Shown: positions 14,101-26,401 of the stretch, in pieces | How the letters are laid out: every line of letters begins with the position of its first letter | Numbering within the stretch: position 1 is the first letter of the stretch | Assembly (NCBI GenBank): GCA_040954595.2 | Contig: CM082596.2 | Location: forward strand, 7,518,468 to 7,582,467 | Length of the DNA stretch: 64,000 nt | Reading direction: 5' to 3' | Source of the DNA: Balanoglossus misakiensis | Taxonomy: Eukaryota > Animalia > Hemichordata | Translations under genes and position numbers: made by a program | Notes under the pieces: model-generated | What the model was told of the DNA's origin: nothing | The model's database searches: none | Seen by the model: only the letters and a program-made list of their open reading frames with translations

Positions 14101-16999
14101 TATACATGTAGTTGTCTGAGTAACCATAGTTTTGTTCAAATTGTTGCAAAATTTGCATATTTTTTATTTTGAGCAATATTTGCCATTTTTGGTCCAAATT
14201 TTTTTTCTTTAAAACCGCATGCCAGATTGCTTTGCAATTTGGTAGGCATGTTCGTAGGGGTAACCTAAGTAATATGTTGTAAAAAAATGTAATATTTTCA
14301 TAAATGTGTTTTGCAATTTTTGTCAAAAAATGTTTTCTCTGAAACAGCTTGTCATATTGCATTGAACTTTGGCAGGCATGTTCCTTGTTGTGATTGAAGT
14401 AAGATATTGTACAATTTTGGTGATATTTGCATATTTGTGTTTTTGCCACTTTTGAACAAATATTTTCTGTGAAACTGCTTGTTGGATTGCTTTGAAATTT
14501 GTTTTTTTTCTCTGATTGCTCTGAAATTTAGGATATAATTTCATAACACATACATGTATATGTGCAACTTTTATTCAATTCTGACATCAGAAATATTCAA
14601 TATTTAGCGAGTTTTTTTGTAAGTTTCTTTGTTTTTGGTTAGCAAATCTTCTCCTAAACCATTTGTCCCGTTGTTTTTAAAGTTACTATTTCCAAGGAGT
14701 TGTTACCCCGAACTAAGACATGTTTACATAACTTTAATAGGCCAGCTGTTACAGAGACCACCAGCTATTAAATTTTTAATTACCAGTGGCAGGTCAGTGT
14801 GTGTCTGTCTGTCTGTGTGTCTGTTCCAGGGCTGACTGTAAGAAGTTGCTTCTCATATGTGTTTGTACAGACAATTTTTGGTCAATTTTTTTTTCTAGCA
14901 CCACTTGTAAGACTGCCATGACACATGACAGTTTAATGGGCATGTTCCTTGTTAACCCTTAAAGTGCTTTAAAATTCTAAGGTAAACGACCCCCCAGGCC
15001 CAGGACTTTTTGCAAGTAACAACAAAATCTCGATGTCCGAAAATATTTTGCTCTAACTTCACAGAATTTCAAACAAAAGTCAAAGGAGTGACATTTTAAG
15101 ATACAAAGGTATAAATATAAAGTATGTAGACACACTGTCGAAAACACGGTCGCGCGCGTTCGACTGACCGCGACCGTGCGCGTACATCGCGTCCACAGCT
15201 CAATGCAGTTGGCTGGGTCCCGCGATCGCGCGCGTGACCACCCGCTCTCGACATCGGCTCCAAAGTCGTTGTCACGGTCGGGATTACTAATGGCCTTGAT
15301 CGGTATAAAATTGTAGTCAATGAAACCCCCAAAAATCGTAATCATTGTTGAAGTCACTGTCATGAAAATGTCCAGTGAAAAATTTGCTGTCTTCCAGGTT
15401 TACAAAGTGAAGGAAGGACGCATACTGTCAAACGTCACGTAATTAGGTCATGTCGATAACACGATCGTTTTTCTCTGGAACGTTCGACGTGACTGACATC
15501 ATTTCCCGCCCAGAATAAATTAATTTATAATGAGTTTCATTCATCTACGACCCGAGTACGTCATTATTTTTACCATATATGGCACGAACTACAGATAAGC
15601 CTCGCCTATTTTCATGTGATTGACAACTGTACGTTGTCGGTGTATACACCGACATGGCCAGACAATGCGGACGTACCTGTCGGTCTATACACCGACGCGG
15701 CGCTTTGAGGGTTAATTTTTTTACATTCCAGATTTCTATATGGTTAGATCATATCTGCTTGCAATGTCACCTATAATTTTTATTCTGGTGTGTCACTGTT
15801 TCCGCATAATCCTCAAATGGGACCACAGTGTCCTTGACGCTATTTTTCTAATATAGTGGTTCAAGGTGTTCTACCGGTAAACAGTGAATGACATCAGTAT
15901 CCTCAAATTTTTTACCAACAATTGTACAATTGTTTGTTTGTTGATTTATTGATTGATTGATTTCAATGAAGACCAGGGGGCACAATTAAGTCCCATTTGC
16001 AGGCTCCATATATATTCCTAGGGGTATTAATTGTGTTCCCTTACTGACTTGTTTCTGTACTCATAAATGGCAGCTTTTGTTTCTTGCACAGGATGGCAAC
16101 ACAGCACTCCACATGGCAGCAATGGGTCACTCTTGGAAACAAGATTTTGTTGTGAAACTGTTGCTGCATTATGGAGCTGATATTGACTGCAAAAATAAGG
16201 TACAATCTTCTATTGCAATATTTTATTGCATGATGCTCTACACCATGTGTTCTGATCAACTCCCAATATTTCTTCACAATATTGAAATTTGAAGTGATGG
16301 GTATGGGTGAGTTTATTTTTTAGAATTTTGTCAAAACTATTCTTACAAAAAACACATAGTTAATTATGAGTTTTTTCCAATATATTCAGCATGTAGATTC
16401 CTGTAGATCCATTGCACTTTTTGGTATTCTAATACTAAGACTGTGAGGTTATTACGAAAAATACCACAAAGTATGCATGAGAACATTCGTGCCAGTCGTA
16501 TCGCCAGACGTGTACTATACATCTTACATCTCCATTAGTTTTTGCATTTCATATTACTTGGCTTTCATGTGATGTGGTCATTCTTTGTATGAACAATTTG
16601 AAATTAAAATTGAGTTCAAAATTTTGCCGGAATTTAATGAGTTACCATTTGTTACAGTATTTAATAAATATCTTATCAATATCAACATTATACATGTAAC
16701 TGATAGTTACGTTTTTTATCCCAATAAAACTTAGATCGGAAAGACACCACTTGATGTCGCTGCAATTTATAGGTCTGTTAAGAATGTGCTGTTGGATAAC
16801 ATTAGGGTGAGTAAAAATTTTCTTAAATTTGAATAATATATGACTGCAATGTGCAAATTCTAATGTATCCTGAATTAAGAGTGTCTGTAAATATCAATGT
16901 AATAATTTGCTACTTAATTCATGTATTTTAATTATTTCTTTATTCAACAAGAAACGAGATGAGTTCAGTGACCTGATGAAGGAATCAGGAATTTGGTGA
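2137..16999 (+). CDS. Multi-exon ankyrin-repeat protein gene (5' end not identified in window); about 38 ANK repeats, derived from an ANK-ROC-COR-death (Roco/DAPK-like) gene
   Basis: Phase-0 AG/GT exons: 2137-2235 ([33 protein letters not shown]), 36 exons between 3727 and 12491 ([33 protein letters not shown]), 16092-16199 ([13 protein letters not shown]...GADIDCKNK), 16735-16806 ([10 protein letters not shown]...LDNIR), then 16952-16999 ([15 protein letters not shown], weaker AAG acceptor). Confidence 0.8.
2363..3565 (+). mobile_element. Helentron-associated (HINE/DINE-1-like) non-autonomous element, copy 1
   Basis: 5' GGTCCCATTGG...CATGGGACC, internal microsatellite, 3' AATGGGACC followed by small hairpin GTGTC-CTT-GACGC, T-runs on both sides; same ends as 13219-15842. 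Confidence 0.6.
2408..3090. repeat. Compound tetranucleotide microsatellite (ATGG/ATGT/CTGT)n
   Basis: Directly visible; much expanded relative to the ~50-bp tract at the same position in the second HINE copy (13270-13310). Confidence 0.97.
3727..12491 (+). repeat. Tandem array of 36 exon+intron units (~240-285 bp), each encoding one ankyrin repeat
   Basis: Exon starts at about 3727, 3963, 4246, 4482, 4746, 4982, 5266, 5506, 5754, 5998, 6246, 6491, 6736, 6980, 7224, 7469, 7717, 7960, 8208, 8453, 8698, 8947, 9195, 9439, 9683, 9923, 10174, 10426, 10666, 10915, 11155, 11406, 11658, 11898, 12147, 12393; each is preceded by ...TTACAG and followed by AAG|GT; unit length varies mostly through a (TTTG)n tract. 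Confidence 0.95.
12800..13190 (-). mobile_element. Possible degenerate Crypton-like (tyrosine-recombinase transposon) 5' fragment
   Basis: Minus-strand peptide [34 protein letters not shown] resembles the N-terminus of animal Crypton proteins; CCAAT-containing end near 13130-13170. No catalytic motifs visible. Confidence 0.3.
13386..13812. mobile_element. AcademH-family MITE (~427 bp)
   Basis: TIR TAGTCTCGGTTACCCAGA... (~125 bp); exact 10-bp TSD GGCTGTAGAT; the equivalent site is uninterrupted in HINE copy 1 (about 3157-3170). Confidence 0.92.
14956..15711. mobile_element. piggyBac-like non-autonomous element
   Basis: TTAA on both sides; termini CCCTTAAAGTGC / GCGCTTTGAGGG (imperfect 12-bp TIR); subterminal repeat TGTCGGT.TATACACCGAC twice. 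Confidence 0.6.
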
Positions 17000-18200
17000 A
17001 GGTGTAAACAGCAAACTTCTGATCGATCTTCTGGAGGATTTTGAGCTTCTCTGTCATGCACATGGCCTCACAAAGACTGGAGAGAAACTTTTCTTCATAC
17101 CAGGACTTCAAGATGATGATATGCCTGAAGGCCATTGGGAGAAGAGCGAAGTGAAGACAATTGATTTTGGGAGACGATTCGAATGCCAATTAGATGAAAC
17201 AGATTCCTTTACGGCAGGCTTTTTCCCAAAATTACAGACCCGTCTATATAAGCGTTTCACCAACCTTGGCCAACCACCCAGTGGCTTATGGAGAAGTATC
17301 ACAGTGTGCCATGATGTTGAAGGTCTTGTCTTTATGACCAATGGCAGAAGGGCAGTCAATGTCTGCGTACGAGTTGAAGACAAGAAGTTGATTGGTGAGG
17401 GCCATGAGCTTCTTGAGATGGTTTCCAAAGACATACAGGATGTCTTCTCAATTGCCTGTCCAGGCAACAGGATGATCGAATCAGCTTATCCTGAGTGCAG
17501 ACTCTCTTGCAAACCACGACATGGAACAAGTTTGGTTTTACACTCTTGATGACGTGCTACATGCAGAAGACATGGGAAAGAAAGTGTACAACAAAGAAGT
17601 CGGTGAAGCAGAAGATATTTGTGACCTGCTTTGTCAAGGTCATGACACAACGATCTTACTGAAGGAGTGGAAAGACTGTGATATCAAATGGATGTTTGAA
17701 GAAACCAGACACAAAGTGACTATGAGAATGGACATTGAGCGTGGAGACCCTTCCTTGCACTATGCCAGCATGGCCGAATGGATGGGCATAAAATACACGG
17801 ATGTGCGGACATTTGAAGAACAAGCTCGTCGCACTGGCCGACCAGTTACAGAGTACCTCTTCAAAGAGTGGTGTCGCAGATGGGCTGAGAGGAAACAACA
17901 TCAAAGTGGAAAATACACAACTACAGCTGCAGGTGCCAGAGCCATCTCACCTAACATAGATGCCACCAAAGGTCGTTCAGCAAAAATGTCACACTCATCA
18001 ACATCATCCCCCCAACAAGATTCTGATGAAGAAGTGAATGCTCAGAAAACAAGACAGAAGTATCCACATTTAAAGGGACCAGGCTCTTCGAAAGCAACTT
18101 TGAGAATCTGTTGGCAATTTTCAAGACCATGGGAAGAGACGACATGGTAGCGTTGATTGCAGAGATGTTCGAAGAAATTGCGAAAACACAAACGAAATGA
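16992..18200 (+). pseudogene. Disabled C-terminal COR + death-domain exon of a Roco/DAPK-like gene
   Basis: Out of frame with the upstream exons. LLIDLLEDFELLC...FFIPGL...HWEK...GRRFEC...GFFPKLQTRL...LWRS is COR-like; TRHKVTMRMD...YASMAEWMGI...VTEYLFKEW...ATFENLLAIFKTMGRDDMVALI is death-domain-like. Further frameshifts near 17480 and 18099. Confidence 0.72.
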
Positions 18201-19389
18201 ACAGATAACATGTGTAAATTCCACCCAGTATTAACCAAAACAGTGTGTGTTAAATTGTCATAAAAATGTCAGGTGCCTTTGAAATAAATGATCTGGAAAC
18301 ATTATAACCATGTACCCCTATGTCAGTTCAGACCAGTGTAGACACCTAAATGGTGGTCCAGAATTGAAAAAGAAACTTTAGACCTCAAATCTTTCATTTC
18401 GAAATAGTAATATTATAGTCTAAAAATGCAAACAGTGTCAGACAACAGAGACACAGTGTATTTTTTGCCGTTTGTGAATCTGATGACCAGGAGGTGGTCT
18501 TTGAGCAATGTGTATTCAACCTACAAACTATAGTTAAAAGGTGCATTTCTCATGTCTTAAATACAATGTAGATGTCGAATAAAAAGGAAATCCGAGAGTA
18601 GTATTTCTGCAATGGCATTTTCAAATACCACACGTCCAGTATATAGAGTGATAAGTGTGTGTGATTCTCAATGTACATGTATCTATTAATTGCCAATGCA
18701 GCCCAACAAAATATCTATAACCAATCATGAATGTACAGTAGAGTTTGGTTCATTTTTGTTTGTGTGATAGATTTAAACTTCTGTCTCATGGAGAGACGCA
18801 AATAACCATTTTTGAAGTGTGTTTTATTGTAAGTTTTTTAATGCTCAGTAAAGTTTGTATCTTCTTTACATGTTATATAAAGAGGCCACTAATTCTTAAT
18901 CCCTATGAGTATTTTAAGAGAATTTAAAATGTTCCCTGACCAAATATAATTTTTTTAAAACTTTATTGAGGTTCATTAATAACAGGGGGATACCTGTGAC
19001 ACCTGCTTGATTCATGTATTACGTGCATACCTAATGGTAGGCAAAGTGAAAGGGCTGCAAATGTAGGATTTGTTGCACATGACATAAACAGGAATGAAAA
19101 TTTTTTGTCAAATATTTGGGTGACCTCAGGTGTCCATTGACCTGCTTTCCATATGTTAGCATGCACATCATATATAGCCAGGTGTTTTGAGGGGTAGGGT
19201 AGGACTGTCATGAAATGCTAAATTCCTGGGGCCACCTGTAACTTACTTGCGTAACTCATTATTATGGCCATATCTTATTTGACCAACTCAAAGGGCGAGG
19301 ATTTTCCGTTGTCTTGAATATGAACCAAATAAGAATCCTAATTTTTGGCCCAATATTTGGGTACCCTCACCTGACCTTTGAAGTACTTA

Positions 19390-21324
19390 GGCCAAAGTTT
19401 AGCGTCCAAGCAAAATCTCAAAATTGATGCGGTGACGCGGCTTCTTTTTTTTTTTTTTTTTTTTTTTTCTGCGAAACAAGAACAGCAAATATTTCTTTAA
19501 TAGTCCAAAATTAAGGGGGGATTTGGTCAAAGTAGAGGGGAATCATGATTTGCATAATTTATGTTAATTTAAATTAGGTAAACATCAAGGAATGACAATT
19601 TTGAACGTTAACTTACTAACTGCCTTCATTCCATATTAAAAACAGCAAAAGTAAATTACAACATTTTACATGTGAACTTGACAACATATTAACAGTTACA
19701 GTTTTTTCTACTTTAAATTAGTAGATTTTGCAGAGGAAGACACAAGCTTGCATAACTTTCAGGGCATGTAATTTAAATAATGCTGGAGAGCTGAAAATAA
19801 CTCTCCTGAAATTAATTAGACAAGTGGTAGGAGAGTGACTGATTAACTGCTCCCCTGGCAAGTAGAGTGAAACGAATAAAATAAATGCAACTGCAAAAAC
19901 AATAGTGTCTTTCTTTAATACTATACCTGAGAAAAAAATTTCTTGTTTGATTTTAAAAGTTTCAGTTTAGCTGCCAAAATATTAGATTGTGAAACCATTA
20001 ATAGTTAAAGGGGAAATCCGCTGTAGCTGATTTCTACATAATTTGGTAGCTTTGATGTCTCTCTTTCAGAAAAAAACATATTCGCCATGTATAGGTCGCG
20101 CGATTTTTTACAAAATCTAGGGAAAGTTGGCAGAATTTCCAATATGGCGTTTACTGTAATTTGAATCATGGGAAAAAAAGCGCCAGGAGCAACTTCCGCC
20201 CACCTTGGTGTGGGTGATACCATTTTCCGATTGGTGTCACTGGGCGACAGACTAGGCGTATTTTCATAGCTATTGTTTGTTCTTTGCATCAGTTGATAAA
20301 CAATCATCAGCAAAGTCGAAAATTTGTCATCTATTGACAGTTTTCATGAGCTATAACCCATGAAAAATATGCAAATACGCTTAGCTTGTGACACAGTGAC
20401 ACCAATCGGAAAATGGTATCACCCACACCAAGGTGGGCGGAAGTTGGTCCTGGCGCTTTTTTTCCCATGATTCAAATTACAGTAAACGCCATATTGGAAA
20501 TTCTGCCAACTTTCCCTAGATTTTGTAAAAAATCGCGCGACCTATACATGGCGAATATGTTTTTTTCTGAAAGAGAGACATCAAAGCTACCAAATTATGT
20601 AGAAATCAGCTACAGCGGATTTCCCCTTTAAATAAATTAAAGTGGTATATATTTCTTCAGATTTCTGCCTACACTTCTCCATCTGTGGCTAGGCACACTA
20701 CTCAAATAAACAGTCTCTGTACATATTGAATGACTTTCCTTCCTAAGTAAGAAAACAAGGTCATGGAAAACTGATACATTCTTGATAATCGCCATGGCAT
20801 GAACGCAGTTTCTTTAATTTGCATAAAATTGTTACGTTCTGCCAACCCAATTTCAAAAGTCGCCATAACAACAAGTTCACTTGAGTGCAGAGTTGTGCTC
20901 TAAATTTAGACGGTATCCAGATAGGCTGTTCCAACAATTGCACACTATAGCCCTGGAGCTAAATTACACATGAATGAATGTGAAAGTCATCTACAACATA
21001 GTTTTGGGGGGTGGGAAGTTAAAATGTATAGGCCAGCACGCAGTAATATCGGCCGTTTTCCCAGTGTTTTGACTGACGGTGCCTGCTATGGAGGCTTGGA
21101 CGCGCATGTACTGGCCGGGTGGGCTGCTCACGAAGGGGCGATTGTCGCCCCCTGAACTTGTTACAAGGGGCGCTTCAAGTGTAAAAGAGGGGGAATCACG
21201 CGTCCTGGAGAAAACACTGGTTGATTTCCGGGTTCGAAAATTACGGAAAAAAAGCCTCGACGCGCATGTTTAAAAGTGACACGCGCGAGGACGCTAAACA
21301 AAACTCTTTTTTTTTTTTTTGGCC
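19390..21324. mobile_element. Non-autonomous TIR element with TTA TSD (Zator- or Harbinger-like)
   Basis: TTA-GGCCAAA-GTTTAGCGTCC at left and GGACGCTAAAC...TTTGGCC-TTA at right; no coding capacity; contains the 20009-20627 element. Confidence 0.5.
20009..20627. mobile_element. Foldback MITE with ~230-bp TIRs and TTAA TSD (Kolobok-like)
   Basis: TTAA|AGGGGAAATCCGCTGTAGCTG...CAGCTACAGCGGATTTCCCCT|TTAA; arms 20009-20241 and 20394-20627 nearly perfect. Confidence 0.85.
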
Positions 21325-22119
21325 TTACTGAAGTACTTACAACGTAGAAGTTCACCTTTGGTTGTTGTGTTTGTACTTGTAGGACATGCATTTCGGGTGG
21401 TTGCCTACTTCCCCATATCTCAACATCGACAGCAAATACAGCCTACGCATTTGAATGGTACAACCCTGAATGGAGTCTAATGGTTATTAACTCTATGCTT
21501 GGGTCCCTTCAATGCTGCTTGCAGCTTTAATAATTTTATTGGTACATGTATTTAAAAATTCTTTTCCTGTCTTTTGTTTACTTTCTTTTTTTTATTGGCC
21601 GTGCATTCGAGGTCGTACATACCTCAGTGGTGATATCGTGGTTAATTTTAAGATTCCTGTGATTTCAGTTAACTTTGTTAGAGAACAACTCTCATTACCG
21701 AATAAAAGCTGGTCGTGAAATTGTTTCTTCAAAACGTTTGAAAATTGCACTGCAGAAACTGCTACAGAAATGTTTAACAAGAGATGCAACTTGTTTCATA
21801 CCCAACTGATTTTCACTCGCCAAAAAAACACCAAGTCAACATCGGAATCACTAAATTTCGACATGGGCCAACTTACAGTAGTCATAGTTATTTTTTAGGG
21901 TTAGAGTATATAGGTCGGCCAGTACAGTACGTGTTAGGGAGAAGACAGAATGCATAGGTATGTTGGATTTTAACACATGATAGATAACAAGAACTACTAC
22001 AAATATAATAATAATAATAATTCATTTTTTTATTAATAATAATAATAATAATTAATATTTCCCAATTTTAACACAAAATAGATCACAATAACAATAATAC
22101 TATTTTTCATAATAATAAT

Positions 22120-22570
22120 GAACACCTATTGCCTGGCCATGAGGGCCCTAGCGGCCGTTTATTACACTCGAGGGGCTGTGAGTTACCAGAATTATATGCT
22201 ATTTCCCGAGGCCGCAGGCCGAGGGAAATAGCATATGATTCTGGTAACTCACAGTCACGAGGGGGTCAAAACGGCTGCTATGGCCCGAATATAGGGCAGG
22301 CTATAGGTGTTTTATAATAAACCTCATGCTAACAGCCGGGAAAATCTTGCAATTTTCTCTTGAGGTTGGCAGACGACATCTTCCGCGGTGGCCATTGTGT
22401 CAGACGAAGCGACGCTGATTGACGTGACCGAGTCTGTGCACTCACGCTGGTCACGTGACCGGTTTATATTTTTTCTGCTATTTCCCTAGCGGTTCATAGT
22501 CGATTCTATTTTCCTATCACGTGACGGATTCTGGCGCATCACGGCACGGTATTAGCATGAGGTATATTAT
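22120..22570. mobile_element. Palindromic repeat element(s), possibly non-autonomous Crypton-like
   Basis: IR AACACCTAT.GCC/GGCTATAGGTGTT around a near-perfect hairpin 22176-22254 with core CCGAGGCCGCAGGCCGAGG; adjacent IR ACCTCATGCTAA/TTAGCATGAGGT; embedded in (TAA)n tracts. Confidence 0.4.
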
Positions 22571-22675
22571 AATAATAATTATTATTAATATTTTTTGCCA
22601 TTTTTATTCATAATAATAATAATAAAACTATGTTTTTATTCATTTTACCACAACTATGAGCCTGAGTTCCCTGTG

Positions 22676-22876
22676 ATCAAAACATCACAGCATATACGTG
22701 TACAGTGAGTATTTGTTATTATGCAAAGTTTGAATTGAAGTCCAGAGTAGAATTCATTTGTCAACAATATCAGTGGTCGTTACACACATGCATTACCTTC
22801 TTTTTCTATTGTCTATGCAATGGTAATGAGGGTGACTATTTTTAGGGTCCTCTTTGTTCTACATTAGCGAGCATTC
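22676..22876 (+). repeat. 201-bp dispersed direct repeat, copy 1
   Basis: Matches 49108-49308 with two visible substitutions. Confidence 0.9.
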
Positions 22877-23688
22877 GCTGGTCCCATGATGGATCAAGGT
22901 TTGTCTGATGGTTTATGCCTTTATGGCAGCTGCTTTATGGGTATGCCGTCTAAAGTCTAACCCCGCAAACCAACTACATAATTCTGCTGAGTTCATGTCA
23001 TGATCATCGCGCTGGGTGGGTTTCGCCCCTACCTACCGGGTGCAGGGTACTTGACATCCATGCAATTATGTGCTCATCCATCGAATTCCTTTCAACCAAC
23101 AACAACTGGGCACAGAGTTAGTCTCGGTTACCCAGAGCCCTCTGCTTCTTCCGTTAGGCACTCCAGAAAGAGGGTCTGGGGTTCCCTCTCCAGAGAGTGT
23201 CGTGGAGGGCTCCCTACTGTCCCCCACCAAGACCTCTCTCCAAATCCGTTTCAGCTAACCAATCATGTCGCTTGGACCTCATTCTTTTTAGGGGAAGCAA
23301 ACTGATTGGCTAAGCGCATATAAGAACCATATTGCAATATGGCGGCGTACATGGAACTTGAGAAGGAAGAAACGTAACCTTAGATCGTATGTCGTACGGC
23401 AAGGTACCTTACTCTTATGAGGTAATTTTGGAAACAAAGCGCACTCCGTGGATTTACAAGAAGATGTAACCAAGACAAACGGCCGAGATAAGTACTTTTA
23501 TATGCATGTTGTACATTTTTTGTGTCTTGTGTGTGCCGCCCAGACGATAATAAAATGTATGTTTTTGCGCCAAATTTGACAATGTTGACAATGCAGACGA
23601 CAAGTACAATCACAAATTCGTCTGACATCTTTGAGAACTGTAATTTGAAAACCTGTCCGGCAATACTTTCTAATGTTCTACAATTATC

Positions 23689-25801
23689 ATGGAGTTCAAA
23701 GAGGCGTTGACATTTTCACTGCGCAGATTCAACCCTAGAATGGTATCGTTGAAGGAAAAACAAATCGAAGCAATTGAAAACCTATACGAAGGAAAGGATG
23801 TCGTTGCTATCCTGCCTACCGGATATGGCAAGTCCATGATTTACCAGATTTTGCCGTATCTTTTCTCCTACAAAAAATACGGCCATGCTGATCCGTGCAA
23901 GTGTATTGTTCTTGTCATTTCACCATTAAATGCGCTGATAAGGGACCAAGTAGAAAAATTGCGCTGTCTTGGAATAAGAGCTACCTGTCTTGATGTTAAG
24001 GAAACTGATGATGAAGAAGATGAATTGTGTTTCGGTGACAATTTTACGGACGTAGAGTGTGGAAATGTTCACATATTATTTGCTCATCCCGAGGCAATCG
24101 TTTCAAATAAGAAGGGCAGATCTTTGCTTTTGAAAAAGGAATACAAAGAAAATATAGTGGCGGTAGCTGTGGATGAAGCCCATTGCTGTGTTGACTGGTA
24201 AGTTTCTTTCTTAATTAAAGTCTAATATATATCAATCCCACTGGTATGTCTGACAGCTCTAAACCAACATTTTAAGTGCATTTGTTGCCAAGAAGGCTTT
24301 TCTGGCAAACACAATTGTCATTTCCAAGTAATAGTAATAGTAACAGTACTATTACTTGGAATGAAATGATGATTTGTTTGCCAGAAATGTCTTTTTGGCA
24401 GAAAAGCCCACTTTGGTAGTGATACTAATGCCATTCAAATGTTGGTTTAGAGCTGTTAAACATCTTGGCAACCCGTGGGATTGTGGAATCGGCCTTTAAA
24501 GTCTGTGTGTTATATACAAAGTAAAAATAGTAATTCAATAATATATTCAATATAAGCATCCAATTTATATATTTTTAGAAGGGTGTCACTCTAAAATGTT
24601 GTCAATTTTTAAAAAAAATGTAATCATGCCATGGCACGGATTTGCTTAGTTTTTCACATGCAAATAAAATTGTAGGTAAGATTATATTATCATTATTCAC
24701 CATAATTTGTAAAAATTGCTAACAATGAAATTTCAAAGGCTAGATGAAAAACTTTTACTTGAGTTCTACCAAGTACATGTAGATCATCATACATGTATTA
24801 CAATAAATATTTAAAGAGATATATACTTATTAAGTTTTTTCACACTCACAATAATGTGGCTTGTAGAGCATCATCTAAAATTCTAGCATTATATATCAAT
24901 AATTAAACTGTTCTTTGTGTTTTCTGTTTCCAGGGGACATGACTTTCGCCCAGATTACTCACGGCTGTGTGTTTTGGCATCACTTTTCCCAGATGTACCA
25001 CACCTGGCTTTAACAGCAACAGCCACAAAGAAGTATGAAAGTGTGATTTCATCATCACTGTGTCTGAATGAGCCTGTCATCATCAGAGAAAACCCAAACA
25101 GACCAAACATAACTTTTGAAAAGTTTGTACGGCCACCTCGAGGCAAGGAAAGTTTCAAAGCCATCTTAGAACCTCTAGCGAAAGATTTGAAAGAAAAGAC
25201 ACTTGAATTTCCACTGACTTTTATTTACTTACCATTAGAATGGTGTGGCTATGCATTTGTTCTATTTTCCCATATTCTTGGCAATGATCAATACCAACCA
25301 CCAGGATGTGAAAGAATCCCATCATTTCGACTTTTCAATCAATATCATGCACCGCAAACTGAAATGATGAAAACTGAAATTCTGTCATCTTTAATGTCTA
25401 CCTCATCATCTATTCGTGTTGTTTTCGCCACTGTTGCTCTTGGTATGGGTCTTGACTGCCCACGAATTCGTCAAGTAATTCACATTGGTGTTCCTAGGAC
25501 TATGGAAAGTTACTTTCAAGAAACTGGTAGGGCAGGGAGGGATGGCAATCCAGCCAAGGCAATTCTCTATTACAATAATTCTGACATAGCTAGTAACAAG
25601 AGGGGTATGTCTGATGCAATGCGACACTACTGTAAAAATGAGGATGGAATTTGCTTGAGGAAACAGATATTGAATTATTTTGACTTTGATAAACCAGAGA
25701 CAGAGAGACCTGATCATTTTTGTTGTTCAGTATGTGAGGAGCACTGTTCATGTTTATCATGTCTATGTGTTGAAAATGTGGAAATGGAAGTAGTGAATTA
25801 A
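23689..25801 (+). CDS. RecQ-like SF2 helicase of AcademH (2 exons, 458 aa)
   Basis: Exons 23689-24197 and 24934-25801 join as DEAHCCVDW-GHDFRPDY; motifs LPTGYGKS, DEAH, ALTATA, ATVALGMGLD, YFQETGRAGRDG and a C-terminal Cys cluster; no stops. Confidence 0.93.
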
Positions 25802-26401
25802 AGAGGCTTACATGTAGGCTGCAACTGAAAAAAATGCCTTCTCGCTTTGTCATGATTGGTGGTTCAACATCATTTTAGTGAATCAACCCAACAGTAGTCA
25901 TGAATAGTGAATTAAAAGCACAAATACATATATTCATGTACTTTTTACTTCAAATGTATATACATGTACAAGTTTATTGATTTTGAAAGAAATCAATTTG
26001 AACTTACGATTGGAATAAAGTCTACCAAATAAACTACATGAAGTCTTATTCTATCTTGTGTATGTGTAATTATTTGCAAATATCAAGACAACATTGAAAT
26101 ATTTACACACAATATACATTTACAAGTATGAAAAGTGATTTTTTCAGTAGTAATTCTTTCCACTGTAATATTATGTGATGCTAGTGCTAGATATATTCAA
26201 TGTTTAAAGGCCCATATTGCTTCAAAATGTGCATTTTGGCTTCAGATTTTGTTTGAAATGAGAAGTTTCACAAATTATACTACTTACTGAAACATTGCTA
26301 AGAACCACTGATACTTTGTTTGTGGAACTCTAACGTTATCGTCAATGATAATAAATTTAAAAATTGCTCCAAACTCAAAAGCACTTCTCAAATTCACCGA
26401 A

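Larger units (their letters stand above)
13219..15842 (+). mobile_element. HINE/DINE-1-like element, copy 2, carrying nested insertions
   Basis: Same 5' (GGTCCCATTGG..CCATGGGACC, microsatellite, CCACATCAAAAACTTG) and 3' (AATGGGACCAC-GTGTCCTTGACGC) ends as copy 1; degenerate internal repeats containing GATTGCTTTG.AA.TTGG. Confidence 0.6.

Noticed and set aside
20005-20631. Near-identical ORFs on opposite strands (MVSPTPRWAEV...)
   Set aside because: By-product of the long inverted repeat.
23689-25801. Host RecQ/BLM/WRN gene
   Set aside because: Lies inside TIRs with a TSD beside a transposase and lacks the extra domains of cellular RecQ proteins.
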